Shown here: in pieces, positions 26,011-38,480 of the stretch
Layout: each line of letters opens with the position of its first letter
Numbering within the stretch: position 1 is the first letter of the stretch
Assembly: GCA_013265495.1 (NCBI GenBank)
Contig: MU058065.1
Span: forward strand, 9,961,720 to 10,025,719
DNA length: 64,000 nt
Direction of reading: 5' to 3'
Origin: Vicugna vicugna
Lineage: Eukaryota
Position numbers and translations under genes: made by a program
Notes under the pieces: model-generated
Seen by the model: the letters and a program-made list of their open reading frames with translations, nothing else
What the model was told of the DNA's origin: nothing
Database searches by the model: none

Positions 26011-29000
26011 GTTTTAGCCTTCGTCCCTCTTCCTATTATCATTCCCATGATAATGATGATAAAATTTAAAACAAAAATTCAACAGGTAAATATGCAAATT
26101 ATGTGGAATGGCTGGATAAGGAGAGTGAAGTGGCAATAGCAATGCTCCCTGAAAAATACTCATTATGCAGTTATAATAAAATCTGGCCCCATTCCATGTC
26201 AATCCCTTGATCTCCAGTGAAAAAGCATAAACAGAATTTGATTAGGGCTAAAAGAAAGTACTTAGTAACAGAACTCATTCCAACAGGAAATAGACAAAAG
26301 AAATATTTTGGAGTATAATAGCTAACCTCCACTCTGCTAAAACCGATGTCAGAGGAATTCAGACTCTGCCAACGCACGGGCTTTATTTTAAGGTTCCAGG
26401 AAAAATTCAGATGGAAAGTTATGCAGATTTTTTTAAAGAATGGGATAGGCATTTCTCCTTTTAAAATGGCTTAGTTCTGCCAAAGAATTGTGTGATTTTT
26501 TTCTGGTCCTTTAAAAATCCAGTGCATGATACTTCATTGTATGGCTTCTGTTTTGATCGACAGGTGATGAAGTGAAGATGCCCATGAAATTAACTGTATA
26601 CATCTGCCTGGTCCAAAGACTAATTAAACATAGAATCACGAGATCAAAACATTATCTTTAAATAATGAACATGCCCCAAAACACTATATAGAAATAGAAA
26701 AATATCCTTTATTTTTTCCTCTTTCTTAAAAGAATGCTACCAGGTATTAATAGATTGATAGAACTACATGCTTGCCTTATTCAACGTCATTTAACCATTT
26801 GTAAGTATAAAAAGACATCAGAGAGTGGCAAAAATGCAAAGTGAAGGTGTAAGAATCAGACTGGAATCCAGAAATTAAATTAGAGAATGGATATTAAAAT
26901 GTGTATGTAATAATGAGGCACACAGACTGGGCTCTGAGCTCTATAGAAGTATTACAGTAGATAAAGCTGTTTATCCATTTTCCCATGTGAATGTTAAAAC
27001 AACTCCCTTATACCAACTGAGAGGAAAGTGAGTAAGTCACCACATACCTGCACTAGGAAATTATGTTAAGAAGAAAATTACTTTTCAGCCTTTGGTGGGT
27101 TTCTTGCTCATTCTTGATGTGCTAATGGCTGCCGTTTTGTAGTTTCTCTGAAGAAAACATTTGTTCTTTAGTGTGTTTACGGAGGCCGTAGTTGTGATAT
27201 TTGGCCACATCTTTATTTCACATTTCGTTATCCTGTGCTGAACTTCTGATGTGATGCGCTAATTTGATTTTCTCTTATATGTTTTGATAAACTTGCATTT
27301 TCTTCTAGAGTCAAAAATTGATGTACTTCCTCTGGGTTACAAAATACTTATAATTGAGTGAATCATGGGAAGTCAACAACACTTATTAAATCTTTGAAGT
27401 TTAAAAATATGACTTATGTATACAGAATTGGTTTTCCTCGTGTAGTTGCAGTGAAAGGCAGGTGATAAAGTAAATCCACATGAGCATTATCAGGAGGACA
27501 ACTAGGAGATACGTTATACCTGCTATTAGAAAATAATAGTTTAAAATTGGCTTGCTGCTTAGGGACTGATTGTCTACTGCACTACTACAAGGGAATCCTT
27601 AATGTAAGGTTCTGACTTCTGTATCAATTGCTATTCTCAACTAAAACTTATTCTTTTAAAATCAATATCCTTGTTTATAAACTAGTTCTCTGAGTTATTA
27701 CAAGTCATGATGATATTCTGAACAAGCTAATGGTTACAAGAATGTTAATCGATTTTCCTACTTGGAAAAAAATTGCCCGGATAGCTGCCTTTTATTCAGT
27801 ATCAAGTTGGTTCATTTGTAGACTGATTTAATTTTGATTCAGGAAAATTACGAGAAATAAGAAAATGTTTGAATTTTCACCTCACTCCTTTCTGTTGTGA
27901 CATTTTGTTCTTTCATTCCATCATCTCCATTAGTTTGCCAACTGGCACTGACAGGAGTGTAAAACTACTGCAAATTGTTACTTCAGCAGTACTCTGCCTG
28001 CCAAGAACGGATCAGCTGCTCCTCCAAATGCACCTTTCACTCTTTCCTAACTGAAGCAGTCTGAGCCTACCGAGCTGCTAGGTAATAAGTCTCATCCTGC
28101 AGCATTTGAATTGAATCATCTGACTTCTACCACTTTCAGATAAACATGCACGAACACAATCATTATGGAAATGAATGTCCAGTCTGCAAATTGGAGGGGC
28201 TGTGGGGTACGGGACCACAGGGGCGAGCGCTCACACTCTTTTCTATTTATGGCTTCATCTGAACTGATTTATCCATTTCTTTCTCATCTCCCCTGTCTCA
28301 GCAGTTATAAACTGCATCACCTTTCCTTCACCTGCGAATGCAGTCAAGCTTTTCCCTATTGAAGACGTTCTAATGGGGCTCTGTGGGTCACCTGACAAAG
28401 GGCTGGCAAAAGTGATGGATGCTTCATTCTCTGTTCTGTGGATCTGGATGCTTTGTACCTTCTCTGGGTCAAATTAGGACTCCTGAGAATAATAACTGGA
28501 TTCCCTACACAGTTGTGAAACTGCCAGGATCTTCTGGATGGATAAGATCAGCAAGTATTTCAACTTTATGTAGCCAACCTCAGAGAAGCAGACTGATCAC
28601 TTATATAAATTTTCTGATGACAGAAAACATGAATAAGCAGGTAGAAAATGGTTTTCTTGGCTGACATTTAGCAAATGGAGTTTAAGCATGTAAGGACAGA
28701 AGAGTAATTCATACTTATCATAAAACTAAGAGGAAACACAGACACATTCTTTCGGTATTTCAAACTTTGTCCCATAATCCACTTCACTGCCCAACGAGCA
28801 CATCCCTTTTGAAGACTAGATATTAGTCACCCTGGAACTGTTCTGCCCCCTTTATTTTTTACCCATAATATACCCAGAATCAATTTTTCCCATTAGCTAG
28901 CCTTATATCCTCTGAAAAGCTGTTACTACAAAATTTCTCATAAAAGAAGCATCGATTAATTGGGAAAGTGTACCATGAAAATGTCATTACCATCCCTTGT

Positions 29001-32000
29001 CCCAAACAACATTACCTGTATGAAATTATATAGTACAAAATTATTTTTTTAAGTTTTCTCATTTGGAAAGGGAAACATTTGGAAGTTGGCAGGTCTTGAA
29101 GGTTTGAGAAGTCTCCCTCCTTGTCTTTGGTCTAACCGAATGTTATTTTAAACTAGAAGTCAGGTCTTAAAATATACGTAGTAGAGAAGAAATAGGCAAA
29201 TAAGTAAGATCTATAAAATTAGTCTTGCACCATTATATAAAGGAAGTTCATCTATGAGTTAAAAAAGCATTCACCATAGCTCTAATTTAAAAAGTACCCC
29301 TCATATTTTTTAAAACAAATACTATAGAAATATAAATGTCCTTGCATTAGAATTAATTTTATGTTGTATTAGTGTTTCCATTTAGACACTTTTTCGAAGA
29401 ATTAATTTTTAAAGTCACCAAGTACCTCCTTAAATTTAAATAAGCTATTAATTTTATTTAAGTTCATATAAAAGTATTTTAGAGAAAGTGAGTTTAATAA
29501 GAATTTTGTTTTTTAAAAAAACCAATAAATATGAACATAACTACCAAAAATCCAGATGGAAACAGAAAACTTTAGTTGATTATTCAGATATTTGAAAAAG
29601 AATCAATATTCTCCCTTCCTGCAAACAAACAAAAAAATCATGTAATCGTAAACCATTTTCTGAAACATTTAAAAATCTTTGTTCATTATATCTAGTTGAG
29701 TATTACTTTATACATAAAACAAGTCCTAAATATGTTGTGCTAGTTAGATAGGTGACGGTTAAAAAGTAGAATCTGAGTAAGTTACCACCTTTTTTCCCAT
29801 GACAACGTTCCCAATTGTGAATACATTTACCAAGTCTAAATGACAGCTTGCATAACGAGAAAATCCTATAAATTATTTAGGTATCTCAAATACATTTAGT
29901 TACTTGCATGAAGATACTGTATGATATATTTCAGAAGAAGAACACATCGAGATGTGTATAACAATAAAAGGGGACAACTAAAACTTCTAGTCCCAAACTG
30001 ATGACACTGACTGTAATTCAGGTGTCACATGACAGCTTGATCCATTCTGGATGCTGCCACTCTAGGTACATACTCATTACATTGACAATAAAGGAAAAGA
30101 CACACTTGAAATTAGCGAGAAGGGAAAACAACTAACACATTAAATTATTTGGTGTTTTACACTCAGGATCTTGGTGCCTTCCCCTTACAGTCACGTTAGG
30201 GAAACTGAGACTCAGAGAGGCGGGGTGACTTCCTCCCAGCGTGGTTGGACTCCGAACCCGTTCTCTCGCACTGTGCAGAACCGCAATGAAGCAACTTACT
30301 CCCGCTGCTGCTTTACAAGAATGCTCCCTCTCCCCGCTTTGAGCCATTCATTTCTCCACTGTTATTTATTTTTAAATATCAAAGTCATTCTCACTTTGGG
30401 TTTTTGAATTTTGTTGTTTTGCTAGATAACTTAGAACCACCATATTTAGTTATGTGCTGTGTCAGGGAAGTGTTCTTACCCAGACGGCTAGACTACTAAG
30501 TACGTGAATGAGATGGTGGGTGCCAAGCGACCCCTCCCTCCACCAGGCTTCCGGACGGAGTCTGCAGCTCCTCCCTCAGTCTTGGGAGAATCTAGGGCAC
30601 AAATGGCACCCTGACTGCCTCAGACCATTTCCAACTGATTCTCTATCCAGCAAGGAGAAAGAGACACTTACCAGACCTTATTGTTCACCAAGGTATAATT
30701 TTGTGAATGCTTACAGAAAGCCCCATATTAACTAACAATAGAGCAAATTTTATAGGCTTCGTTAAATATTACAAGCCACGTAATTCACAGCTGTTATCAC
30801 CATGAATTCTTAACGGTGCTAGACTATTTTTCCTTCGGTCTTTAAGTGCTACCCACCCCCACCCCCGCCTTCTCTCCTACCTCTTTCTTTCCTAAATTCA
30901 AAATGTTAAAAATTATTCATTTGGGGAACATTTGAGAATCGACAATGCAGGTTTGTTTGTTTGTTTTTTTAAAATAGATCAGAAGTCTTTCTATTTGTTG
31001 TGGAGAAACCAGTGACTTGCTGGCACAGAACAATTATTTGGGGCAAATGTTGAAGCTTTGTGCTAAGGCATGAGAACAGAGTTGACCATGTCTAATGTCA
31101 CAAATGGGGCAACAGTGCCCCTTTTGTAATTTTAACTCTGTTTTACATTAATTGAAAAGCCTAATCCTTTTAAGGCTTAAGTATGCTAATTCCAGAAATC
31201 ACAGGCATTTTAAGTAATAATCTTTTTATATTTGTATGTTATTCTTCCTTCTAAGAGTTGAGTCCTGAGTTTAGCAAAAATCCTTAAAACTACCAGAAAC
31301 GTTTTCTACCCACACAACTTACACTTTTACATCCTTCTAATCTTAATTTTAATGGTGATGTCATATGTACATACTCTTTGGCAACTCTTTAAAGTTTCGA
31401 GATACAGAGGTCTGGGCTGTTTCGTAGCATTTCTTAGCCCAAAGTTACACAATTCTACTGCATGGAACAGTGATATAATTCATATGTCCAACCTTAATTT
31501 GTCTTTCAGGCTTTTATATCAGTTTAACTTTTCACTGATTAAACTTAAGTCCAAATAAATTGCATCTATCACAATTTTTTTTTTAATTTGCCATTTCAGA
31601 TAAAGCCAATTTTCAAAAAGCTAAAAATGCTGTCTTTACTCAATGTCTATACCGATTTTCAATTTTTTTCTAAATTTCTCAACCTTAAAAACATTAAAGA
31701 ACTGACATGTGAAGTAGCAATTCAGCATCAGCATAATATTCTAAGTTTTTACTTAGATTACTGACAAATATTCTAATAAATCACTTTACCTTTCAAATTT
31801 ACTTTTACCATTAGCTACTATGAACATGCTCAAATTGGTTTTCCTTTATATATTATTGCACAATCAGATATTGCATTTTAACAAAAGAAAAGATGTACTA
31901 AAAATACTCAAATTTACAGATAGAAAATTAACTTCAGAACAAGTTAACTGTTGCCGCCTTAACTCAAGAAAAAAAGCACACAAGTAGCATGTATTTTAAT

Positions 32001-32310
32001 TCTTGCGTAACTCACTTTTAATAAGAAAGAAAGTGCTGGGGTAAGTCAGCATTAGTGAGGTGGCAAGATTTTGAATACGCCAGAAGCTTATCAGGCACAA
32101 TATGTTAATTTTTTTCTAAAGGTGTACTGAAGTCTGAAGCTTTCAGAGAGATGCAACACTGATAATGAGCCTGTTTAAAACAACATTAAGAAAACCTTGA
32201 TTAGGGGTTGCTCTGCAACTTCCAAAAACTAAAGGAGGAAGCAATTTCTTCATAGAAGGTTGTTGCTCACAGAAAATGCATTTCCATTCCACGCGCTGCA
32301 GCCGGCATTC

Positions 32311-32329
32311 CGGCGCCCCCAGGAGGTAG
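32311..32329 (-). promoter_or_regulatory. Candidate CTCF binding site
   Basis: The minus strand reads CTACCTCCTGGGGGCGCCG, close to the core CCACCAGGGGGCGC. It sits in a ~110-bp CpG-dense patch within otherwise very AT-rich DNA. Confidence 0.6.
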
Positions 32330-35300
32330 CGGGACTCTCTGGTGTGTGGCGCAGACGGTGCGCGCTCGGGGATTGGTGTATCTGATGTGCACTGCCGCAG
32401 TTCACCTTTCAAGACCCACACGTATTTCCTCTGGGACATTCCAGGCTGTCCCGTATGTGTGGGTTAAGCAAAGAGTAATCTTAACCTGTTCTGGCCTGGG
32501 GCTCCTAAATCAGATATTTTCCTCTGATGCCAGTTTATATTGTCTACCTAAGTGGCCCAGGGCTGAATAAACTACTAAAAATCTTGGAATCCTCATGCCG
32601 TCCTTAGAAATGCTCCTTGAGTTCTCCAATCGTTTACTCTGAATCAAATTTTTTTTTAATGTCTACCAATTCTCTCATTTGGGTACCTCTAGTCATCTTG
32701 AAAAGATAGCCCAGTGGTGAATTTATAAGAGGAGAACACAGAATAGCCTGACACTTTTTATCAGCATGTTAAAAAGAAAAGAAAAGAAATGGTATCATCC
32801 TCAGAGCAGTGCTTTCTGCCGGGAAGTAGGTAGTTCTTGGGCTATCCAAGGAATAATGAATGACACCTTTAGAGGAAAACATTTGAATACTTTGGCTCAT
32901 GTCACCATGAAAAATTCCCCAAGCACTGGGACAAGAGTTTGAAGACCTCATTTTTGTTCTGATATTTCAATGTTAAGATACACCCTGATTTCAAAATGTA
33001 AAAATCTGAAAATAGTATAGCACAGAATTAAGAAAATAGGGCATTTATTTATTAGGGATTTGCCTATATTGCTCCAGAATTTCCCAGCCTGAGGACTTGA
33101 TCTTAATGTGCACATCTACTGGAATGTAGCCCTTTTTTTAATATGTTCGCAGGAATAACTAGAAAGATAAAGGCACACCGCACTGTATAATCCATTTTAT
33201 GCACATAATAAAACAGTCCTTTGATTTTAGTCCTGTAATTATTTCCCATACCAATAGTCATCAATTTTTAAAAAGGTCTCCTTTATTCATATTTGTTTCC
33301 ATATCTCTTCTAAAAAAATAAACTTATACTAACATTAAAATATTGTATCTGATGCCAACATAGGGCCCTTGCCCTAATTTAACTGCAACTGAGTGAATTT
33401 TCCTTAAATATGTGACAAACAGTTACAAAGTGTCTGTTCGTGACTTAGATTGTACTACATTGTGATCTGTAAACTCAAAAAACTAAAATTATTTTTAATA
33501 CTATTATTAGTATTATTACTTCAGTGTATATATAAACAATCTTAATTTGTCGAGGGAAAGAGGAAATTAAAAATTACTAATATACTTTCTTTCAAGATTA
33601 AAGGTATAAAATAATAGTTTAAATTCAATAAATGTAATATTGGGAATTCAGATTTTTCTCCAGATTTCACACTATGCCATTCTTTTTTGTGTTTCTGTCT
33701 TTTGTTTTTAAATAATGTGACTTCCACAATGTTAACTTTAGACTAAAATTTTCAAGAGTTTTCACATATTTTTAAAAAACTATTTTTCATTTTTTCAAAA
33801 TAAATATGAGTCTACTAATTAAACTCAGTATTTCATGACCTATTAATTCAGCAGTTGTTATAATCCATCTTTAATTGAATTAGCTATAATTACAATTAAA
33901 TGGCTCTCTGAATCATAAAAGGTTAAATACAAGTCATTTTCCATTAAAAAACTTAAATATGAGTTGATCATGGTAAGAAAGAAATCCTTCATCTTAAGGT
34001 TAATTGCTCAGCCTTTTCCCCTATTTTCATGAAGTTAGCTTCCTCATATCTTGCTTTTTTATGATTCATAAAACCTCCCAACTCTAAAACATACTGTCTA
34101 AGTACATGGTAATTTTTTATATTCTATAATTTTTATAATATAACCACCACTTACCTGTATATACATGATAAAAAATTAAAAAATTATTTTCCTATGTTTA
34201 ATGGGTCACATTTCCTCTTAAACTGAGTGTTTATTAGTGGTATCACTGACAGAAGGGAAAGAAAAATCGAAGACCTTTATGGCCAACTCATTGTGAATTC
34301 TTTCTTTTTCCTTCTCTCTCTCTCTTCCCCCCTTTCTCGCTCCTCTACCTCCTTCTCTCTCATTCTCTGTCCCTTTCTTTCTCAAATGAGCACACATGTT
34401 TGTTATATAATGTTTGTAACATTGAGTTTTTTAAATTAATATTTTCCAACTGTTTTCATTTGGAAACAAGTCATTCAAAAGTGAACAATTAACTTTAGAC
34501 TTACCAAAAGAACATTATACTCATTGAAAAGGCACTACATTACTGTATTAAATCACTAAATTCAAATAATTTGAAGGCAAAGTCCTTGATTTCCTGTTTA
34601 GGCACTTTGAAATTAACTATATCATTTGAGAAAGTTTTAGGAGGTGAATGAAAGGGAAAGAAAATAATGCCTAGAAGAAATGACAAAATAAATTGCTACA
34701 GCATGATATGTTAAGGGTGAAGCATGCATCAGAAGTCCCTTCTTATTAGAAGTGTATGATAAGTCCCTAATCACATATTGCCCAAAGTAGTATGAAATCA
34801 GGAATGTCGAGTAGAACATTCTGTGCTGTGTTGGTGCCCAGCAAAGGGAGAGGAGGAGGGATCACATCTAACCAAGTTGTATAGAAAAGGATTCATGAAG
34901 GTGGGAAACCCTAGAGAGATGAAGTAAGGATTATAACAAATGAAGGTAAATGGTATGCCAAGAGGAAGGAAGAGTATGAACAAGGGCCTGGGGGCAGGAA
35001 GGTCCCAGGAACAAAACTCAATCCCATTGAGTTGGAACATGGGCTACAAAAAAGGGGGTCATGATATAAAATTCTGGATGATTGAAGGACGGTTGAAGTG
35101 ATATTCTAGGGAGTTTCAAATGCCAGTTTGAGGAGCTCAAAATCAACAAAGAATTTCCAACAAGTAAATGTCATAATTAGAACTGTGTTTTAAGTTGATT
35201 CATAGAGGAAGAGATCAGAGCGAGGGGAGTCTGGGAGTAGAGAGAGCAGGTCTAAGGTGGTTATAATGGTCTGATCAAGACCAATAGTGGAGTCAGAACC

Positions 35301-35668
35301 AAGAAGTTTTCAGGGGAAATGATCTTGAATGAGTTAGACTACATGAAAGGCCTCAAACAGTTACATACTTACACAGTGAGCCCTATGGTAACATATTTTT
35401 GGAGACATTGGAAGTTTAGCATTAGAAGTTGGCTTATCTTACTGGTAACAGAATATTTGTCAAGCTGTAACTACGTCTATGATATAGAAGACTTTTTGTT
35501 CAAAAGAAATAGGTCATAGAAAAGGCAGAAACATTCCACTATGTAGTAAGAAGATGTACCTCTGCTTAGAAACCTGTGCTGTTAGTGGACAATATCTGAG
35601 CCAGTGTAAGTGGCTAAGAGATAATTTTCTGCATTTTTCACAGTCAGAAGGCATGGGTGACGCTTTAC

Positions 35669-35790
35669 AACAGTGTTTCTCATACTTTAGTGGACAAGAG
35701 ATGACCTCAAGGGCTTATTGAAACACAGTTTGCTGAGACTCACCTCCAGAGTTCCTAATATTGCATGGCTGGGCAGAGGCTCTGAATTCA
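35669..35790. mobile_element. MER5-like fragment
   Basis: CAGTGTTTCTCATACTTTAG..GGGCTTATTGAAACACAGTTTGCTG..CTCCAGAGTTCCT. Confidence 0.65.
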
Positions 35791-35819
35791 CAATGTTGAT
35801 TTCAGATGTTTTAAGAGGC

Positions 35820-38480
35820 AACTTATGGAAAATTCAAACACCTGGACATTTACTAGAAAGCTCTTTCTCCTAATAAAGAGCACCAGAAAATTGTGCTTTC
35901 TTGCTGAAACAGCACTCCTCAGGTTGAAGACAAAACAATGAAGGGGTTTCTATTCCTGGTTTAATTTTTTCCCAGCAAAGAGGAGCTTATTCCCAGATCT
36001 GAAATAATGGGAACTTTCAGAGAACGCATCCATAACATTTTAGTAATCAAGAAAAGGCTACTAAAGCATACTCCGGTTTTTAGGAAATTATATCGAAAAA
36101 CAATTTAAGAAGCAATAGCTATCATAGTCCCCCTGGGGGTTCTGTGGCCAGAAAATTTAAAGGAGGTGGAAAGTAAAAATTGAAAATCTGATAATACAAT
36201 CACAAATGATACTGATGAGGAAAATAAAGAATCGGTATCCAAGGAAACCAGTGTGGTTGCTTAGGGCTCTCTTTCTGATGAGCTCAGATTTAAATGAAAC
36301 ATGTACAAAATATGAAGGGAAGAACATATAACCAAAGATGACTACAAAAGAGGAGCAACACTCCTTAAGGATAGGACCAAGAGGCTAAAATAGCTGATAT
36401 TTCTTACCTCTACCAAGAACACTAAGCAGTTTTCTTTTAAATGCACATGAAATATATGCATATACAAAATGAGCACTGTACTGAACTAAGGATTTTTTAA
36501 AAATATCTGATATTTCTTACCTCTACCAAGAACACTAAGCAGTTTTCTTTTAAATGCACATGAAATATATGCATATACAAAATGAGCACTGTACTGAACT
36601 AAGGATTTTTTAAAAATATCTGATATTTCTTACCTCTACCAAGAACACTAAGCAGTTTTCTTTTAAATGCACATGAAATATATGCATATACAAAATGAGC
36701 ACTGTACTGAACTAAGGATTTTTTAAAAATATCTGATATTTCTTACCTCTACCAAGAACACTAAGCAGTTTTCTTTTAAATGCACATGAAATATATGCAT
36801 ATACAACATGAGCACTGTACTGAACTAAGGATTTTTTTAGATGATAGATACAAACCCTGGGAAAAGTGATACACTGTTAAGTGTAATTAAAAGGTAGTTT
36901 GATCCCACTTCTTTCCACTGGGAGAATTATCTTCACATTGGGAAGGGCAGCATTGAAAAGAAATAATTGAAGCACAAAATAAAAGCAAAGATTATGAGAG
37001 CATTTGGCCTTTTTAAACGAGTGCTCAAGTCCAGACACAGATGAATTACATTTGAAAGGTTGTGAAACAAGTCATTCCAGGTAATCACTGGGAAATGATG
37101 GTGAATAGAGGAAATCCTGTAAGATTAGAGATGAGCAAATGACCCAATTTTCAAAAACAGATAAAAGTCCAAGTATGGAATCCACAGAGTTGTCGCACAA
37201 TTATTAACCCTGAAAAAAATCTGTAAAAGGATTGTCCAACTATGCAGACTCTCTAGTAAGTGATGAACATGGAAACCAAATTGACAAATGAATAAGTAAA
37301 CATTTAACACCAAGCGTGCACTCAGATGAAGGCACACCAAGCCAATCTCAGATTTCATGGGATTTTTGTCATAGTCTAATTTAGACACTTAAAGAAATTT
37401 CATGATGTCCTTGAATCTATGACAGAGAATATGCCACAAATGCTAGAACATTTAGGTGAATCTGGAGCTGCAGAGGAGCCCTACCTTAGGGATTCTAAGT
37501 GTGAATCCGTATGCACTCTAGGGAGGTAGCTTCCCTCCTTGGCTTTGCTCCATCACTTCAACTTTTTTTTTCTATCCGTGCCTTAGCTGAAGACTAAATG
37601 GTGTCCTTATCAAATATGTAGTTCACTCAAAGCTGGGAAAACTGACTATTATCTCTGACACCAGAAACAGGAGATAAATTGATCTTGACAGGTGAAAGGG
37701 AGGAGGCAAACCCAACATAATGAAATTTAACTGGGATCAATGAAAAATCTTAGATTTCTGTTGAGATTGCAATTATTCGTCTTGAAGCTAGATCTTTTCT
37801 TGACAGCAATTTGTGTGACAATGACTCAGAAACTTTAATCAACTACAACTTTATGGAGTTAAATGTGTGGAAGGGGCTTACGGTGCCTGGCAAATAGCAG
37901 GCACTCACTAAGTAGTTGTTTCTTGTTGGCGCTTACTACGAGCCAACCGTGTGACCTGGCTGCTAACGTTGTAGGCTAAACTGCAGGAGGACAGTCCACA
38001 CTGAGGGAGATAATATTTCCACTGCTTCCTGGACTCATTCACCAACCGTTTGCCCAGTTCTGGGTTCCTCATTAGAAGAAGTAAACTGACAAAATAAGTA
38101 ACATTTAAAAAGAGCATGATCAATATGGTGTCATATTAGGAAAAGAGAATGTGGGAGTAAAGGGTAAGTGAGGTTTAACAGGAGAAGTGAATGACTAAGG
38201 AAAGCACTATATTAATATTTAAAAGGTTGCCATATGGAAGAGGGAAATGGGAAATTTTTAATATTTAAATTCCCCAGGGAGAACTAAGAGCAAGGTGAAA
38301 AGAAGAGGAAAATATTTCAGATCAAAACAAGAAAGAACTTTCTAATAATTGCAATTTTCCAGCAAGGAAAAATATTGTATCATGAAGTAATGAGACGCTA
38401 CATGTTTCCACCAGAAGCCAGGCAGTGAGGAAGATGTAGAGATTTCTGAACTGGGTAGGAAGCTTGTTTTAATGGCGCCT
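35820..38480 (+). mobile_element. Ancient CR1/L3 LINE, long decayed ORF2 (endonuclease + RT), interrupted by a tandem array
   Basis: Degenerate translations follow CR1 ORF2 order: MGDFNYPDI-like (~35826), LIFPSKEELI and MGTFRE (~35960-36030), D*R*ANDPIFK (DWRRANVTPIFKK-like, ~37123), KLG..DLDR..MKFN (~37630-37735). Many stops and frameshifts. Confidence 0.75.
36387..36838. repeat. Tandem array, 4 copies of a 113-bp unit
   Basis: CTGATATTTCTTACCTCTACCAAG recurs at 36394, 36507, 36620 and 36733. The only differences seen are at 36393, 36807 and 36838. Confidence 0.98.

Noticed and set aside
36387..36838. CRISPR-like array
   Set aside because: The units are contiguous and essentially identical with no unique spacers, no cas genes are present, and the context is mammalian.
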